Shown one piece after another: positions 18,774 to 20,000 of a DNA stretch of 20,000 bases. Made by a program: the position numbers and the translations under genes. Location: sequence record DRR378314_818. One strand, 5' to 3'. The notes under the pieces were generated by a model. The model saw only the letters and a program-made list of their open reading frames with translations. It was not told the origin of the DNA and searched no databases. How positions within the stretch are numbered: position 1 is the first letter of the stretch; every line of letters begins with the position of its first letter.

Positions 18774-18926
18774 TGGAAATCTCCGGCTGGACGGTGGTTG
18801 CCCTTGGCCTGTCACGCATTCATGCAAATAGTTCAATCAAATTCCCGTTGAAATGCATGATTATGAAATATCTATTTTATATTAATAATTTAAATGTGTC
18901 AGAGACGTGTTTAACAGGAAGAGATA

Positions 18927-19060
18927 GTGGCAAACCCAGGGCGGGATTCCGGGTAAGGCCAGCGGTTCCAACGGCACGTGAACTTGCTCCGGTTCGGGTA
19001 TGATCGAGGGCGGGCAGATGGCGAATCACGCTTATCCAGCGCACACCAGACCGCTGCCAC
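18927..19060 (-). ncRNA. Candidate structured ncRNA, skipping-rope-like motif
   Basis: Terminal GTGGCA/TGCCAC pairing, long-range CAGCGGT/ACCGCTG pairing and three internal hairpins in a non-coding gap. The blocks GGTGTGCGCTGGA, CCGCCCTCGA, CCGGAGCA and ACGTGCCGTTGG match my recollection of the skipping-rope motif. Family and strand are unverified. Confidence 0.6.
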
Positions 19061-19260
19061 AAAAGTCAAAATCTGCATTTGATATTGAAATTTTGCCCTC
19101 TCACAGTGACATGAATGCTTAGATGCGGCGTATTGCGCGTTTAAGAGCGCTGGACGAACTCTATTCTCCCCGATAGATACCCCCTCTAAGACACCGCATT
19201 CCCTGCGGTGCGCGAGCTATATGCCCGTTCGCGGGCGCCAGACAATTCGGAGATAACCTC

Positions 19261-19845
19261 GTGTCCCACGCTGAAGACCACGAAGGCACCCGCAGAGATT
19301 TCCTCTACTACGTCGCTGGCGGCGCAGGTGTCGTTGCGACGGGGGCGGCTGTATGGCCCCTCGTTAACCAGATGAACCCATCGGCAGACGTTCAGGCGCT
19401 GTCCTCGATCCGTCAGGATGTCAGTGGGGTTGAACCGGGCACGCAGCTCACCGTGAAATGGCTGGGTAAACCGGTATTCATTCGCCACCGCACCGGTGCT
19501 GAAATTCAGGAAGCGCAGGGTCAGGATGCGGAAGGTCTTGACGCCTTGCCCGATCCGCTGGCCCGTAACTTCAACCTGAATGCCGATGCACCGGCAACGG
19601 ATGCTAACCGTGTCATGCCCTCGCCGGAAGGCGAAGCGCCGGGCGCATGGATCGTTCAGATGGGGGTTTGCACCCACCTCGGCTGTGTGCCTCTGGGCGA
19701 CGCTGGTGACTTTGGTGGATGGTTCTGTCCCTGTCACGGCTCACACTACGACCTTTCCGGTCGTATCCGCAAAGGCCCCGCGCCTGAGAACCTGCCTATT
19801 CCGCCTGTGGAATGGGTGGACGCCACAACCATCAAACTCGGCTAA
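19261..19845 (+). CDS. petA: Ubiquinol-cytochrome c reductase Rieske iron-sulfur subunit
   Basis: GTG start with GGAGA RBS, Tat motif TRRDFLY, Rieske boxes CTHLGC and CPCHGS, GPAPENL. Confidence 0.99.
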   Translation: MSHAEDHEGTRRDFLYYVAGGAGVVATGAAVWPLVNQMNPSADVQALSSIRQDVSGVEPGTQLTVKWLGKPVFIRHRTGAEIQEAQGQDAEGLDALPDPLARNFNLNADAPATDANRVMPSPEGEAPGAWIVQMGVCTHLGCVPLGDAGDFGGWFCPCHGSHYDLSGRIRKGPAPENLPIPPVEWVDATTIKLG

Positions 19846-19859
19846 GGGAGACCCAACTT

Positions 19860-20000
19860 ATGTCCGGAATTCCCCACGATCATTACGAGCCGAAGACAAA
19901 TGGCGAGAAGTGGCTGAACAGCCGTCTTCCGATTGTCGGCCTGCTGTATGACACCCTGATGATTCCCACACCCAAGAACCTGAACTGGTGGTGGATCTGG
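19860..20000 (+). CDS. petB: Cytochrome b, 5' part
   Basis: ATG 19860 with [56 protein letters not shown]. Follows petA and runs off the window. Confidence 0.97.
   Translation, partial: MSGIPHDHYEPKTNGEKWLNSRLPIVGLLYDTLMIPTPKNLNWWWIW

Noticed and set aside
18927-18953. tRNA-like 3' end (GGAATCCCGCCCTGGGTTTGCCA on the minus strand)
   Set aside because: There is no TTCGA T-loop, D-arm or cloverleaf. It is better explained as part of the larger structured element.
19124-19139. RegA/PrrA-like GCGGC-N5-GCGC site upstream of petA
   Set aside because: It is biologically plausible, but the consensus is too degenerate in GC-rich DNA to support from sequence alone.

Overview
This is a GC-rich alphaproteobacterial chromosome segment; gene content and order suggest Rhodobacteraceae of the Roseobacter/Ruegeria type. 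From left to right it holds: (1) a minus-strand periplasmic nitrate reductase operon napF-napD-napA-napG-napH, running off the left edge, with an FNR-type box at class II spacing; (2) the minus-strand run petP(MarR)-petR-HDAC family-xseB-ispA-dxs and the divergent ilvE; (3) an AraC(cupin) regulator plus a small membrane protein gene, flanked by matching 21-bp-spaced direct repeats; (4) a Cys-rich small ORF behind a long hairpin; (5) minus-strand cobO, a DMT transporter, an HD hydrolase and aroC; (6) a type II lumazine synthase (ribH2) under an unusually long FMN riboswitch; (7) a PaiB-like FMN-binding protein and a monoheme cytochrome c; (8) the start of petA-petB. Most genes are ordinary, and the interesting signal is non-coding. 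The best candidates are a ~134-nt multi-stem structured RNA at 18927-19060 that resembles, from memory, the skipping-rope motif but has no DUF3800 partner gene in view, and a small palindromic hairpin element present twice in the ribH2 leader, once inside the FMN aptamer and once just before the RBS. No database search or folding program was run; family assignments come from motif recognition.
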